Source of the DNA: Bacillus subtilis subsp. subtilis str. 168
GTDB taxonomy: Bacteria; Bacillota; Bacilli; Bacillales; Bacillaceae
Length of the DNA stretch: 32,000 nt
Assembly: GCF_000009045.1 (NCBI RefSeq)
Contig: NC_000964.3
Location: forward strand, 1,290,001 to 1,322,000
Direction of reading: 5' to 3'
Part shown: in pieces, positions 15,486 to 24,452 of the stretch
Layout: every line of letters starts with the position of its first letter
Position numbering within the stretch: position 1 is the stretch's first letter
Made by a program: the position numbers and the translations under genes
Notes under the pieces: generated by a model
The model's input: only the letters and a program-made list of their open reading frames with translations
The model's database searches: none
Told to the model about the DNA's origin: nothing

Positions 15486-16565
15486 ATGAATATGACATTC
15501 CGATGGTATGGACGAGGCAACGATACAGTCACACTTGAATACGTGAAGCAAATTCCCGGTGTCAAAGGCATCGTTTGGGCTCTCCATCAAAAGCCCGTCG
15601 GCGACGTGTGGGAAAAAGAAGAAATCAGAGCCGAAACTGAATATATTCAATCCTATGGTTTTCATGCTGAAGTTGTAGAAAGCGTGAATGTTCACGAAGC
15701 GATTAAACTTGGGAACGAAGAACGCGGCCGGTATATTGAAAACTACAAGCAAACGATCCGCAACCTTGCCGGATTTGGCGTGAAAGTGATCTGCTATAAT
15801 TTTATGCCGGTTTTTGATTGGACACGCACGGACATGTTCCGGCCGCTAGAAGATGGATCGACCGCTCTGTTTTTTGAAAAGGCCAAGGTGGAAAGCCTTG
15901 ATCCTCAAGAGCTGATTCGGACGGTGGAGGAAGCATCCGACATGACACTGCCGGGGTGGGAGCCCGAAAAATTGGCTCGGATCAAAGAGCTTTTTGCTGC
16001 CTACAGAACGGTCGATGAAGAAAAGCTATGGGACAATTTATCATTCTTTTTGCAGGAAATTCTTCCTGTTGCTGAGGCCTATGGTGTTCAAATGGCCATT
16101 CATCCGGATGACCCGCCGTGGCCGATTTTCGGACTGCCGCGCATTATCACAGGAGAGGCAAGCTATAAGAAACTGCGGGCGATATCAGATTCACCGTCTA
16201 ATTGTATCACCCTTTGTACAGGTTCAATGGGAGCCAATCCCGCTAACGACATGGTGGAGATCGCTAAAACGTATGCCGGCATCGCTCCATTTTCACATAT
16301 TCGCAATGTGAAAATTTATGAGAATGGCGATTTTATTGAAACATCTCATTTAACAAAGGATGGTTCGATCAACATTCAAGGCGTGATGGAAGAACTGCAT
16401 AAGCAGGATTACGAAGGATATGTCAGACCGGATCATGGGCGCCATCTTTGGGGCGAGCAATGCCGCCCGGGATATGGCTTATACGATCGGGCACTTGGCA
16501 TCATGTATTTGAACGGGCTGTGGGACGCTTATGAAGCAATGGCAAAAAAAGAGGTGGGCATATGA
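15486..16565 (+). CDS. uxuA: D-mannonate dehydratase
   Basis: 359 aa. Start reset to the ATG at 15486 (MNMTFRWYG) after GGAGGTG. The N-terminus is characteristic of the UxuA family. Confidence 0.93.
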   Translation: MNMTFRWYGRGNDTVTLEYVKQIPGVKGIVWALHQKPVGDVWEKEEIRAETEYIQSYGFHAEVVESVNVHEAIKLGNEERGRYIENYKQTIRNLAGFGVKVICYNFMPVFDWTRTDMFRPLEDGSTALFFEKAKVESLDPQELIRTVEEASDMTLPGWEPEKLARIKELFAAYRTVDEEKLWDNLSFFLQEILPVAEAYGVQMAIHPDDPPWPIFGLPRIITGEASYKKLRAISDSPSNCITLCTGSMGANPANDMVEIAKTYAGIAPFSHIRNVKIYENGDFIETSHLTKDGSINIQGVMEELHKQDYEGYVRPDHGRHLWGEQCRPGYGLYDRALGIMYLNGLWDAYEAMAKKEVGI

Positions 16566-17398
16566 TCCCGCTGCATGAGAACCTGGCTGGTAAAACGGCT
16601 GTCATCACTGGCGGCAGCGGCGTGCTTTGCTCTGCGATGGCCCGGGAGCTAGCCCGTCATGGCATGAAGGTGGCGATTTTGAATCGGACGGCTGAAAAAG
16701 GCCAAGCGGTCGTGAAGGAGATAACGGCGGCTGGCGGCACAGCGTGCGCTGTTGCTGCGGATGTGCTGGACAGGATGTCACTGGAGCGGGCAAAGGAAGA
16801 CATCCTTGGCCAATTTGGCGCTGTTGATCTGTTAATTAACGGGGCTGGCGGCAATCATCCTGACGCGATAACCGATGTGGAGACATATGAAGAAGCGGGA
16901 GAAGGCCAATCCTTTTTTGATATGGATGAGAGGGGCTTTCTAACTGTATTCTCCACCAACTTCACCGGTGCGTTTCTGGCCTCGCAAGTGTTTGGTAAAG
17001 AACTGCTGAAGGCGGATTCACCCGCGATCATCAACCTTTCTTCCATGAGTGCTTATTCACCTATGACGAAGGTTCCGGCATACAGTGCTGCGAAAGCATC
17101 CATCAATAATTTTACGATGTGGATGGCTGTTCATTTTGCCGAAACCGGGCTGCGGGTCAATGCGATTGCCCCAGGCTTCTTTCTGACAAAACAAAATCAT
17201 GATCTGCTGATCAACCAAGACGGAACGTTCACCAGCCGATCTCACAAAATTATTGCGGGAACACCGATGAAGCGCTTCGGAAAACCGGAGGATTTGCTCG
17301 GTACGCTCCTTTGGCTGGCGGATGAATCCTATTCCGGTTTTGTCACTGGGATCACCGTTCCTGTCGATGGAGGATTTATGGCTTATTCAGGTGTGTAA
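16562..17398 (+). CDS. yjmF: SDR-family fructuronate/mannonate oxidoreductase
   Basis: 278 aa. TGGSGVLC cofactor motif and YSAAK catalytic motif. ATGA overlap with the uxuA stop. Also named uxuB. Confidence 0.9.
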   Translation: MIPLHENLAGKTAVITGGSGVLCSAMARELARHGMKVAILNRTAEKGQAVVKEITAAGGTACAVAADVLDRMSLERAKEDILGQFGAVDLLINGAGGNHPDAITDVETYEEAGEGQSFFDMDERGFLTVFSTNFTGAFLASQVFGKELLKADSPAIINLSSMSAYSPMTKVPAYSAAKASINNFTMWMAVHFAETGLRVNAIAPGFFLTKQNHDLLINQDGTFTSRSHKIIAGTPMKRFGKPEDLLGTLLWLADESYSGFVTGITVPVDGGFMAYSGV

Positions 17399-17445
17399 CG
17401 AAAGCGGTGCAACAGAAACTGAACCAACATAGGGGTGAGGTTGAG

Positions 17446-18714
17446 ATGTTTTCAAAAGATAAGCTTCCCGTTATCCTTTTTTTGTTCCTGGCAGGGGTGA
17501 TTAATTACCTGGATCGCTCGGCGCTTTCCATTGCAGCTCCTTTTATTCAGGATGATCTCACATTGTCTGCCACACAAATGGGCTTGATTTTCAGCAGTTT
17601 TTCGATAGGTTATGCCATTTTTAATTTTCTTGGGGGCGTGGCATCCGACCGCTATGGGGCAAAGCTGACCTTGTTTGTCGCGATGGTTGTTTGGTCGCTG
17701 TTTAGCGGAGCAGTCGCCCTCGCTTTTGGCTTTGTCAGCCTGCTGATTATACGCATTCTCTTCGGAATGGGAGAAGGCCCGCTTTCGGCGACCATCAACA
17801 AGATGGTGAACAACTGGTTCCCGCCGACCCAGCGGGCGTCCGTTATCGGTGTAACCAACAGCGGCACGCCCCTCGGGGGAGCCATTTCCGGCCCGATAGT
17901 CGGCATGATCGCAGTGGCGTTCAGCTGGAAGGTATCCTTCGTTCTCATTATGATTATTGGATTGATATGGGCAGTGCTCTGGTTCAAGTTTGTCAAAGAA
18001 AAGCCGCAAGAGACGATCAAGGAAGCACCGGCAATAAAAGCAGAAACGTCTCCCGGAGAAAAAATTCCGCTCACCTTTTACCTGAAGCAAAAAACAGTCC
18101 TGTTCACGGCGTTCGCTTTTTTCGCTTACAACTACATCCTCTTCTTCTTTTTGACATGGTTTCCGAGCTATCTTGTCGACGAGCGGGGATTAAGTGTTGA
18201 ATCGATGAGTGTCATCACGGTCATACCGTGGATTTTAGGATTTATCGGGCTGGCTGCGGGGGGATTTGTTTCTGACTATGTGTACAAAAAAACGGCCCGA
18301 AAAGGTGTGCTGTTCTCGCGCAAGGTTGTGCTTGTCACGTGTTTGTTTTCATCAGCTGTCCTGATTGGTTTTGCCGGGCTTGTGGCAACGACTGCGGGGG
18401 CTGTCACTCTTGTCGCTCTGTCAGTGTTCTTTCTTTATTTGACCGGTGCTATCTATTGGGCTGTCATTCAAGATGTGGTTGATCAAAACAATGTCGGTTC
18501 TGTTGGCGGCTTCATGCATTTCCTCGCCAACACGGCAGGAATTATCGGCCCGGCTTTAACCGGATTTATTGTTGACCAAACAGGCACGTTTTCTGGAGCA
18601 TTTTTGCTTGCCGGTGGGCTGGCTGTCTTCGCTTCACTTGCTGTGATTCGTTTTGTCCGTCCAATCATTGGTAAGCCAGCGGGAACAGAAGCTGAGAATC
18701 CTGTGTCTTATTAA
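17446..18714 (+). CDS. exuT: MFS hexuronate transporter
   Basis: 422 aa, 12 TM. Start reset to the ATG at 17446 (MFSKDKLP) after GGGGTGAGG. MFS loop motif SDRYGAK. Confidence 0.92.
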   Translation: MFSKDKLPVILFLFLAGVINYLDRSALSIAAPFIQDDLTLSATQMGLIFSSFSIGYAIFNFLGGVASDRYGAKLTLFVAMVVWSLFSGAVALAFGFVSLLIIRILFGMGEGPLSATINKMVNNWFPPTQRASVIGVTNSGTPLGGAISGPIVGMIAVAFSWKVSFVLIMIIGLIWAVLWFKFVKEKPQETIKEAPAIKAETSPGEKIPLTFYLKQKTVLFTAFAFFAYNYILFFFLTWFPSYLVDERGLSVESMSVITVIPWILGFIGLAAGGFVSDYVYKKTARKGVLFSRKVVLVTCLFSSAVLIGFAGLVATTAGAVTLVALSVFFLYLTGAIYWAVIQDVVDQNNVGSVGGFMHFLANTAGIIGPALTGFIVDQTGTFSGAFLLAGGLAVFASLAVIRFVRPIIGKPAGTEAENPVSY

Positions 18715-18748
18715 TCTGGAAATATAGTGGGAGAGGCGGTATGTTTGA

Positions 18749-18757
18749 TGATACAAT
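18749..18757 (+). promoter_or_regulatory. Possible extended -10 element upstream of exuR
   Basis: TGaTACAAT at 18749-18757. No convincing -35. Confidence 0.3.
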
Positions 18758-18801
18758 ATACAGTAAATAATCGCAGCCGGTATGATAAGGAAGGGAATTA
18801 G

Positions 18802-19803
18802 ATGGTAACCATAAAAGATATCGCAAAACTCGCAAACGTATCCCACACTACTGTTTCCAGAGCACTCAACAACAGCCCTTACATCAAAGAACATACGAAG
18901 AAAAAAATATTAGAGCTAGCAGAGCAGCTCAACTATACACCAAATGTAAATGCGAAAAGTCTGGCGATGCAAAAGTCGCATACGATCGGGCTATTCTTTA
19001 CAAGCATTACAAACGGAACCTCACACAGCTTCTTTGCAGACACTATCAAAGGCGTCAATCAAGCCATAAGTGAGGATTACAATCTGTATGTGCGCGGCAT
19101 TGATGATCTGAAAAACTATGACTCCGTTACACCGATGAGATATGACGGCATCATTTTAATGAGCCAAAGTGACATTGATAATTCTTTTATTTACCATATT
19201 CGCGAAAAAAACATTCCGCTTGTCGTGCTGAATCGTGATATTGATGATCGTACCATCACGAATATTTTGTCCAATGACAAGGAAGGCTCTCAAGAAGCTG
19301 TAGAATACTTCATTCAGTCCGGACATCAAGACATCGCCATCATCGAGGGGATCGAAGGCTTTAAATCCTCCCAGCAGCGAAAGGAAGGGTACTTATCCGC
19401 ACTGATTCAACATCATATTCCGATCAAGCATGAATACAGTGTCAAAGGACAGTACGATATGGAAAGCGGCTTTCAAGCGATGGAGCGGCTGCTGGCACTG
19501 CCGAATCCTCCAACCGCTGTTTTTTGTTCGAATGATGACATGGCAATCGGAGCGATGAATGCGATATTCGCAAAGGGCCTGCGCGTTCCTGATGATATTT
19601 CGGTGATCGGGTTTGATGATATTGGGTTTTCACAGTACATCACGCCAAGGCTTTCAACAGTAAAGCGCCCAGTGGAGAAAATAAGCGTGCTCGGTGCGCA
19701 AAAACTCTTGTCGCTGATCAGCGAGCCCGAAACAAAAGCAGAAAAAATCTTGGAAAACACAGAATTTATGGTGCGTGATTCAGTCAGACGATTGACGACG
19801 TGA
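18802..19803 (+). CDS. exuR: LacI/GalR-family repressor of the hexuronate locus
   Basis: 333 aa. N-terminal HTH VTIKDIAKLANVSHTTVSRALN and a periplasmic-binding-protein-like core. SD AAGGAAGGGA. Confidence 0.95.
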   Translation: MVTIKDIAKLANVSHTTVSRALNNSPYIKEHTKKKILELAEQLNYTPNVNAKSLAMQKSHTIGLFFTSITNGTSHSFFADTIKGVNQAISEDYNLYVRGIDDLKNYDSVTPMRYDGIILMSQSDIDNSFIYHIREKNIPLVVLNRDIDDRTITNILSNDKEGSQEAVEYFIQSGHQDIAIIEGIEGFKSSQQRKEGYLSALIQHHIPIKHEYSVKGQYDMESGFQAMERLLALPNPPTAVFCSNDDMAIGAMNAIFAKGLRVPDDISVIGFDDIGFSQYITPRLSTVKRPVEKISVLGAQKLLSLISEPETKAEKILENTEFMVRDSVRRLTT

Positions 19804-19841
19804 TGTCCCGTTTTTCAGCGGGCATTCTTTATACAGAAAAA

Positions 19842-19855
19842 TGTTAACGTGTGCA
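19842..19855. promoter_or_regulatory. Degenerate operator/cre-like site upstream of uxaB
   Basis: TGTTAACGTGTGCA. The preceding context AAAATGTTAACGT is a 13-nt identity with the left arm of the exu P1 palindrome; the right arm is degenerate. Confidence 0.45.
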
Positions 19856-19879
19856 TAAAGTGAGAGGGAGGCAATAAGG

Positions 19880-21322
19880 GTGCAGAAGCTGAATAAAAAT
19901 GTGTACGATCACTATACTCAGTATCCAGAAAAAATTCTCCAATTCGGAGAAGGAAACTTTCTTCGGGGATTTATCGATTGGCAGATTGATCAATTGAATC
20001 AACACACTGATTTTAATGGGAGCGTGGCAGTTGTCCAGCCAAGAGGCTCAGAAAAAATCAAACGATTAAATGAGCAAGATGGATTATATACACTTTTTTT
20101 ACAAGGAATGAAAGACGGAGAAGCGGTAAACGAGCATATGATTATCAACTCAATCAGCCGGGGAATTGACCTGTTTTCTGATTATGAAGCATACAAAGAA
20201 TTGGCATCAAGCGAAAGGCTTCGGTTTATTATCTCCAACACCACTGAGGCTGGGATTGTATGTGATGAAAAAGATCGTTTAGAGGATAGGCCGCAAAAAA
20301 CATTCCCTGGGAAATTAACTGCATTTCTTTACTTTCGCTATCAGGCTTTTAAAGGAGATCAGACAAAAGGGTGTGTCCTGATCCCATGTGAACTGATCGA
20401 GAATAACGGTGAAAAGCTGAGGGAAACGGTTCTTCATTATGCACATCTGTGGAAGCTGGAGGAAGGATTTACACAGTGGATTCATGAGGCCAATACATTT
20501 TGTAATAGTTTAGTAGACCGGATTGTTCCGGGTTTTCCCGTCGACAGCATTGATGAGATCACGGCAGATCTTGGCTATCAGGATGATTTGATAGTTGTGG
20601 GAGAGCAATATTATTTGTGGGTTATCGAGGGGCCTGATTGGATTGGAAAAGAACTTCCCTTTGCGGCTGCAGGGCTGCATACAAAGATCGTCAGCGACCT
20701 CACCCCATACCGGACTAAAAAAGTAAGAATTTTAAATGGCGCTCATACAGCAATGACGCCAGTGGCTTTATTATACGGCTTGAAGACTGTTAGGGATGCA
20801 GTCGAGCATCCGGAAGTGGGGCGATTTATAAGAGAGCTGATTGATGACGAAATTCTTCCTGTTTTAAAAATGGAAGGTCTTTCTCAGTATGCTGACGATG
20901 TGCTGAACCGTTTTAAAAACCCGTATATTAAGCATTACCTGGAAAGCATTGCATTGAACGCCATTTCCAAATTCAAAACGAGAAACCTGCCGACTCTTAA
21001 GGAATATGCTGAACAAAAGGGACAGCTTCCTGAACGCTTGGTGTTTTCTTTCAGCGCTCTTCTGTATTTTTATCATGATAACGAGACATTGCAGGATGAT
21101 CCGGCAGTTCTTCAATTTTTCAAAGAGGTTTGGTGTCAGGAGGATGGCGACATGCTTCGGATTGCATCAAGAGTGTTAGGCGAACAGCGGCTGTGGGGGG
21201 CAGATCTCAATGAGATACCGAAGCTGACTGATAGAGTCGCTGTTTACTTGAATCATATTCATGAGCTGGGCATGCAGAGGGCTCTTGAACAATACTGCAT
21301 ACAAGGGGGAGAGGTACGTTGA
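19880..21322 (+). CDS. uxaB: Tagaturonate reductase (altronate oxidoreductase)
   Basis: 480 aa. GTG start 8 nt after AGAGGGAGG. Mannitol-dehydrogenase-family N-terminus ILQFGEGNFLRGF. Confidence 0.93.
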   Translation: MQKLNKNVYDHYTQYPEKILQFGEGNFLRGFIDWQIDQLNQHTDFNGSVAVVQPRGSEKIKRLNEQDGLYTLFLQGMKDGEAVNEHMIINSISRGIDLFSDYEAYKELASSERLRFIISNTTEAGIVCDEKDRLEDRPQKTFPGKLTAFLYFRYQAFKGDQTKGCVLIPCELIENNGEKLRETVLHYAHLWKLEEGFTQWIHEANTFCNSLVDRIVPGFPVDSIDEITADLGYQDDLIVVGEQYYLWVIEGPDWIGKELPFAAAGLHTKIVSDLTPYRTKKVRILNGAHTAMTPVALLYGLKTVRDAVEHPEVGRFIRELIDDEILPVLKMEGLSQYADDVLNRFKNPYIKHYLESIALNAISKFKTRNLPTLKEYAEQKGQLPERLVFSFSALLYFYHDNETLQDDPAVLQFFKEVWCQEDGDMLRIASRVLGEQRLWGADLNEIPKLTDRVAVYLNHIHELGMQRALEQYCIQGGEVR

Positions 21323-22812
21323 AGTCGTTTATAAAGATTCATAAGCAAGATAATGTCCTTCTTGCTCTGCGGGATATTCAAAAGGGAGAGAGGCTGCATG
21401 CTTACGGCGTGTCGATTGAAGTAAAGGATGATATAAAAAGAGGCCATAAGATTGCATTGCAGTCTATCAAAGAAAACGACAGCATCGTCAAGTACGGGTT
21501 TCCAATCGGTCATGCATCACAAGATATCTCGATCGGAGAGCATATTCATGTCCATAATACGAAAACAAACCTGTCTGATATCCAATTATACAGCTATACA
21601 CCGAGATTTGATGAAAATCCGTATTCTAATGAGAACCGGACGTTTAAAGGTTTTAGAAGAGAAAACGGAGATGCGGGTGTACGGAATGAATTGTGGATTG
21701 TCCCAACTGTCGGCTGTGTCAATGGAATAGCAGAAAAAATGCTGCAGCGTTTTGTCAGAGAAACAGGGGATATCGCTCCATTTGATAACGTACTGGTGTT
21801 AAAGCATCAATACGGATGCTCGCAGCTTGGCGACGATCATGAAAATACGAAGCAGATCCTGCTGAATGCCATTCGCCATCCAAATGCCGGCGGCGTCTTG
21901 GTGTTAGGGCTTGGCTGTGAAAACAATGAGCTGGCAAGAATGAAGGAAGCACTGCAAGATGTGAACTTGAAGCGGGTGAAGTTTCTGGAATCCCAGTCGG
22001 TGACCGACGAAATGGAGGCAGGCGTTGCTTTGCTGAAGGAAATTCATGAAGCGGCCAAAGGAGATAAGAGAGAAGACATTCCGCTGTCTGAACTGAAGAT
22101 CGGGCTGAAATGCGGAGGTTCGGACGGTTTTTCCGGCATAACCGCAAACCCGCTGCTTGGACGTTTTTCAGATTATCTCATTGCACAGGGAGGGAGTACT
22201 GTGCTGACGGAAGTACCGGAAATGTTCGGCGCAGAAACCATCCTGATGCAGCGGGCTGCCAATGAAGAAGTGTTTCATAAGATAGTCGATTTAATCAATG
22301 ATTTCAAACAATACTTTATTAAACATGATCAGCCGGTGTACGAAAATCCTTCACCGGGCAACAAAGCGGGCGGCATTTCTACACTTGAGGATAAATCGCT
22401 GGGCTGTACGCAAAAAGCGGGGATTTCTCCTGTCACGGATGTCTTGAAATACGGTGAAGTACTCAAGACAAAAGGGCTGACTCTTTTGAGCGCACCGGGC
22501 AATGATTTGATCGCCTCCTCCGCATTGGCGGCTGCCGGCTGCCAAATTGTCCTCTTTACAACGGGAAGAGGCACGCCGTTTGGCACCTTTGTCCCGACGG
22601 TGAAAGTAGCGACAAACACCGAGCTGTATGAGGCGAAGCCGCATTGGATTGATTTTAACGCAGGCCTTTTAGCAGAGGATGATGTTCATGAGGAATATGT
22701 GCTGCGTGAGTTTATCCACTATATGATTGAGGTGGCAAGCGGCCAGCTTGTGAACCATGAAAAAAATGATTTCAAAGAACTCGCCATTTTTAAATCGGGT
22801 GTGACGTTATAA
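21319..22812 (+). CDS. uxaA: Altronate dehydratase
   Basis: 497 aa. TTG start overlapping the uxaB stop (TTGA). N-terminal SAF-like domain plus a UxaA-family C-terminal domain. Confidence 0.94.
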   Translation: MKSFIKIHKQDNVLLALRDIQKGERLHAYGVSIEVKDDIKRGHKIALQSIKENDSIVKYGFPIGHASQDISIGEHIHVHNTKTNLSDIQLYSYTPRFDENPYSNENRTFKGFRRENGDAGVRNELWIVPTVGCVNGIAEKMLQRFVRETGDIAPFDNVLVLKHQYGCSQLGDDHENTKQILLNAIRHPNAGGVLVLGLGCENNELARMKEALQDVNLKRVKFLESQSVTDEMEAGVALLKEIHEAAKGDKREDIPLSELKIGLKCGGSDGFSGITANPLLGRFSDYLIAQGGSTVLTEVPEMFGAETILMQRAANEEVFHKIVDLINDFKQYFIKHDQPVYENPSPGNKAGGISTLEDKSLGCTQKAGISPVTDVLKYGEVLKTKGLTLLSAPGNDLIASSALAAAGCQIVLFTTGRGTPFGTFVPTVKVATNTELYEAKPHWIDFNAGLLAEDDVHEEYVLREFIHYMIEVASGQLVNHEKNDFKELAIFKSGVTL

Positions 22813-22818
22813 TAAGAA

Positions 22819-22845
22819 AAGGCTATCCTTCAAGCGGATAGCCTT
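22819..22845. terminator. Bidirectional terminator between convergent uxaA and yjnA
   Basis: AAGGCTATCC ttcaagc GGATAGCCTT. Confidence 0.85.
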
Positions 22846-22850
22846 CTTCA

Positions 22851-23615
22851 TTAAATCAATTTTAAACCGCTGACTAAAATAATGGAAGCCATAATAAATT
22901 GCAGTGGACGCGGGGAGAATCGAGGCGAAAGATGGCTCCCGATCAGTACGCCGGGAATTGAACCGAGGAGCAGATTAGCTGCCAGCATGTAATCCACGCT
23001 TCCGAAGCTTGCGTTCAAAATGCCTGCTGCCGTAACAAGAAGAAAAGCATGCGCGATATCGGTTCCGACAATCTGTGACGCTTTCATGTTAAATAAGTAA
23101 ATCATGGCGATTGCAAATAATGAGCCGGACCCGATTGATGTTAATCCGACGATAAACCCAAACACAACACCAATAAGAATTGTCAGCGCCCTCTTATTTT
23201 CAAGCGGCATCAGCTGCCAGCGGTTGGGGCGAAGTTTTCTATCCAAAAACAAACGAACGATGATTGAAATGGCAACCAGCGTTAACACATATCCTAGAGC
23301 GTGCTTAATAATTTCTTCCTGATGCTGGTGAAAGGCGGGGAACAAATGCAATATGCCAATGGCTAGCGAAGCACTCGGAATACTGCCGATGGCTAAGTAT
23401 TTTACCAATTTAAAGTTAATCGTTTTCTGCCGCCAATGGGAGGCAACGCCAAACAGCTTTGTGATCGAGTTATATACAAGATCCGTACCGACCGCGATGG
23501 AAGGATTAATTCCAAGCACAATTAAAAGGGGAGTTAATAAGGCCGCTCCACCCACTCCCGTCAATCCGACTAAGGCTCCGACAAACAAACCCATCAATAT
23601 GATGCTTACACTCAT
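22851..23615 (-). CDS. yjnA: TauE/SafE-family anion (sulfite/organosulfonate-type) exporter
   Basis: 254 aa, about 8 TM, internally duplicated. N-terminal GxxxGxxGxGGxxL pattern (GALVGLTGVGGAALL). SD GGAGG. Confidence 0.86.
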   Translation of the reverse strand: MSVSIILMGLFVGALVGLTGVGGAALLTPLLIVLGINPSIAVGTDLVYNSITKLFGVASHWRQKTINFKLVKYLAIGSIPSASLAIGILHLFPAFHQHQEEIIKHALGYVLTLVAISIIVRLFLDRKLRPNRWQLMPLENKRALTILIGVVFGFIVGLTSIGSGSLFAIAMIYLFNMKASQIVGTDIAHAFLLVTAAGILNASFGSVDYMLAANLLLGSIPGVLIGSHLSPRFSPRPLQFIMASIILVSGLKLI

Positions 23616-23652
23616 GATAAAGGCCTCCTGAAAACCCGACTATTTTTATCAG

Positions 23653-23681
23653 ATTATATATGATTAGGACGCGTTAATCAA
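23653..23681 (-). promoter_or_regulatory. Sigma-A promoter of yjnA
   Basis: The minus strand reads TTGATT, 17-bp spacer, TATAAT (plus-strand aatcaa at 23676-23681 and attata at 23653-23658). Confidence 0.7.
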
Positions 23682-23796
23682 TTAAATTTTTTGAATTTTT
23701 GCACGTTAGTTGCTTGAAATTTTGGTATGCTCAATATCTCTATTCATTTGCCCTATAATGAGTGTCTGGACGAAATCGAGAAGTACTAAAGGCGCA

Positions 23797-23830
23797 AAAA
23801 AAAGATACCTCTTAACAGGTATCTTTTTTC
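23797..23830. terminator. Terminator of yjoA; structurally bidirectional
   Basis: AAAAAGATACCT cttaac AGGTATCTTTTT. There are 8 T on the minus-strand side and 6 T on the plus-strand side. Confidence 0.88.
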
Positions 23831-23839
23831 TTGTTTACG

Positions 23840-24304
23840 CTACATGCGCTGCTGATAGAAAGGAAGCTCAGTGTGGCCCATTTCCCGCACATACACGAAC
23901 AGGTTGCCTTTATGGTGAATTTCATGCTCCATTGCAAGCTGAAGCAGCGCGCGGCCTGTGACTTTTCTGCCGAAAGCGGATGTCAGATCAATTTCTCTGT
24001 CCAGCTGCTCTTCAGTCAGCTGTTCAAGGATAGCGACCGTTTTTTCTGTATATGTTTTTGCCAGAACATTGAGATCTGTTTCTGTTTCTTCCTGCTTGTT
24101 TTGAAATGGTGAGGCATTGCCTTCCTTAATGACATTTGCGAACAAGTGGAAAGACGTAAGAATGTGTTTGACCAGCTCTTCTGCTGACATTGATGTTTCT
24201 GCCGGTTTGTAGCTGTAATGGTCTTTGCTGATTTTTTCGGCAAGCTCATTGGTCACGTTTCGATGGGATAAAAAATGGCTGACAATTTGATTGGATTGGC
24301 ACAT
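23840..24304 (-). CDS. yjoA: DinB-family four-helix-bundle protein
   Basis: 154 aa. Start reset to the ATG at 24304 (MCQSNQIV), 6 nt after GGAGGAG. His-rich DinB-like pattern (HFLSHR ... HEIHHKG). Confidence 0.84.
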   Translation of the reverse strand: MCQSNQIVSHFLSHRNVTNELAEKISKDHYSYKPAETSMSAEELVKHILTSFHLFANVIKEGNASPFQNKQEETETDLNVLAKTYTEKTVAILEQLTEEQLDREIDLTSAFGRKVTGRALLQLAMEHEIHHKGNLFVYVREMGHTELPFYQQRM

Positions 24305-24389
24305 TATGATCTCCTCCATATGTAAAAATAAATGGTGCAATGAAATCCTATATCAACGGTTATGAATTCACAAGTAATATGCTGTGGGA

Positions 24390-24417
24390 TGAAACAAAAT
24401 GCTATGTCAATCGTATA
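24390..24417 (+). promoter_or_regulatory. Sigma-W (ECF) promoter of yjoB
   Basis: TGAAAC (24390-24395), 16-bp spacer, CGTATA (24412-24417). This is an exact match to the sigma-W consensus TGAAAC-N16-CGTA. Confidence 0.85.
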
Positions 24418-24452
24418 TATAACGTTCACAAAACATGAAATGGAGTATAAAC

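Noticed and set aside
17452-18090. 212-aa and 140-aa minus-strand ORFs antisense to exuT
   Set aside because: Long antisense frames are expected opposite GC-biased membrane-protein genes. There are no SDs or promoter/terminator signals, and the translations are Arg/Gly/Pro-rich nonsense.
19803-19830. Weak hairpin (ATGtCCCG ... CGGGCAT) after exuR as a terminator
   Set aside because: It has only 4+3 bp with a bulge and a poor T-tract. It is more likely leaky or non-functional, with uxaB-uxaA probably also read through from upstream.
23710-24112. 83-aa and 93-aa plus-strand ORFs overlapping the yjoA terminator and coding region
   Set aside because: They run through a strong terminator hairpin and antisense to yjoA, and have no SD.
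24364-24373. GAATTCACAA, a 10-mer identical to the right half of the yjlC Rex box, in the yjoA/yjoB intergenic region
   Set aside because: The required left half-site (TTGTG) is absent at the proper spacing (ACGGTTAT instead), so this is not a credible Rex operator.
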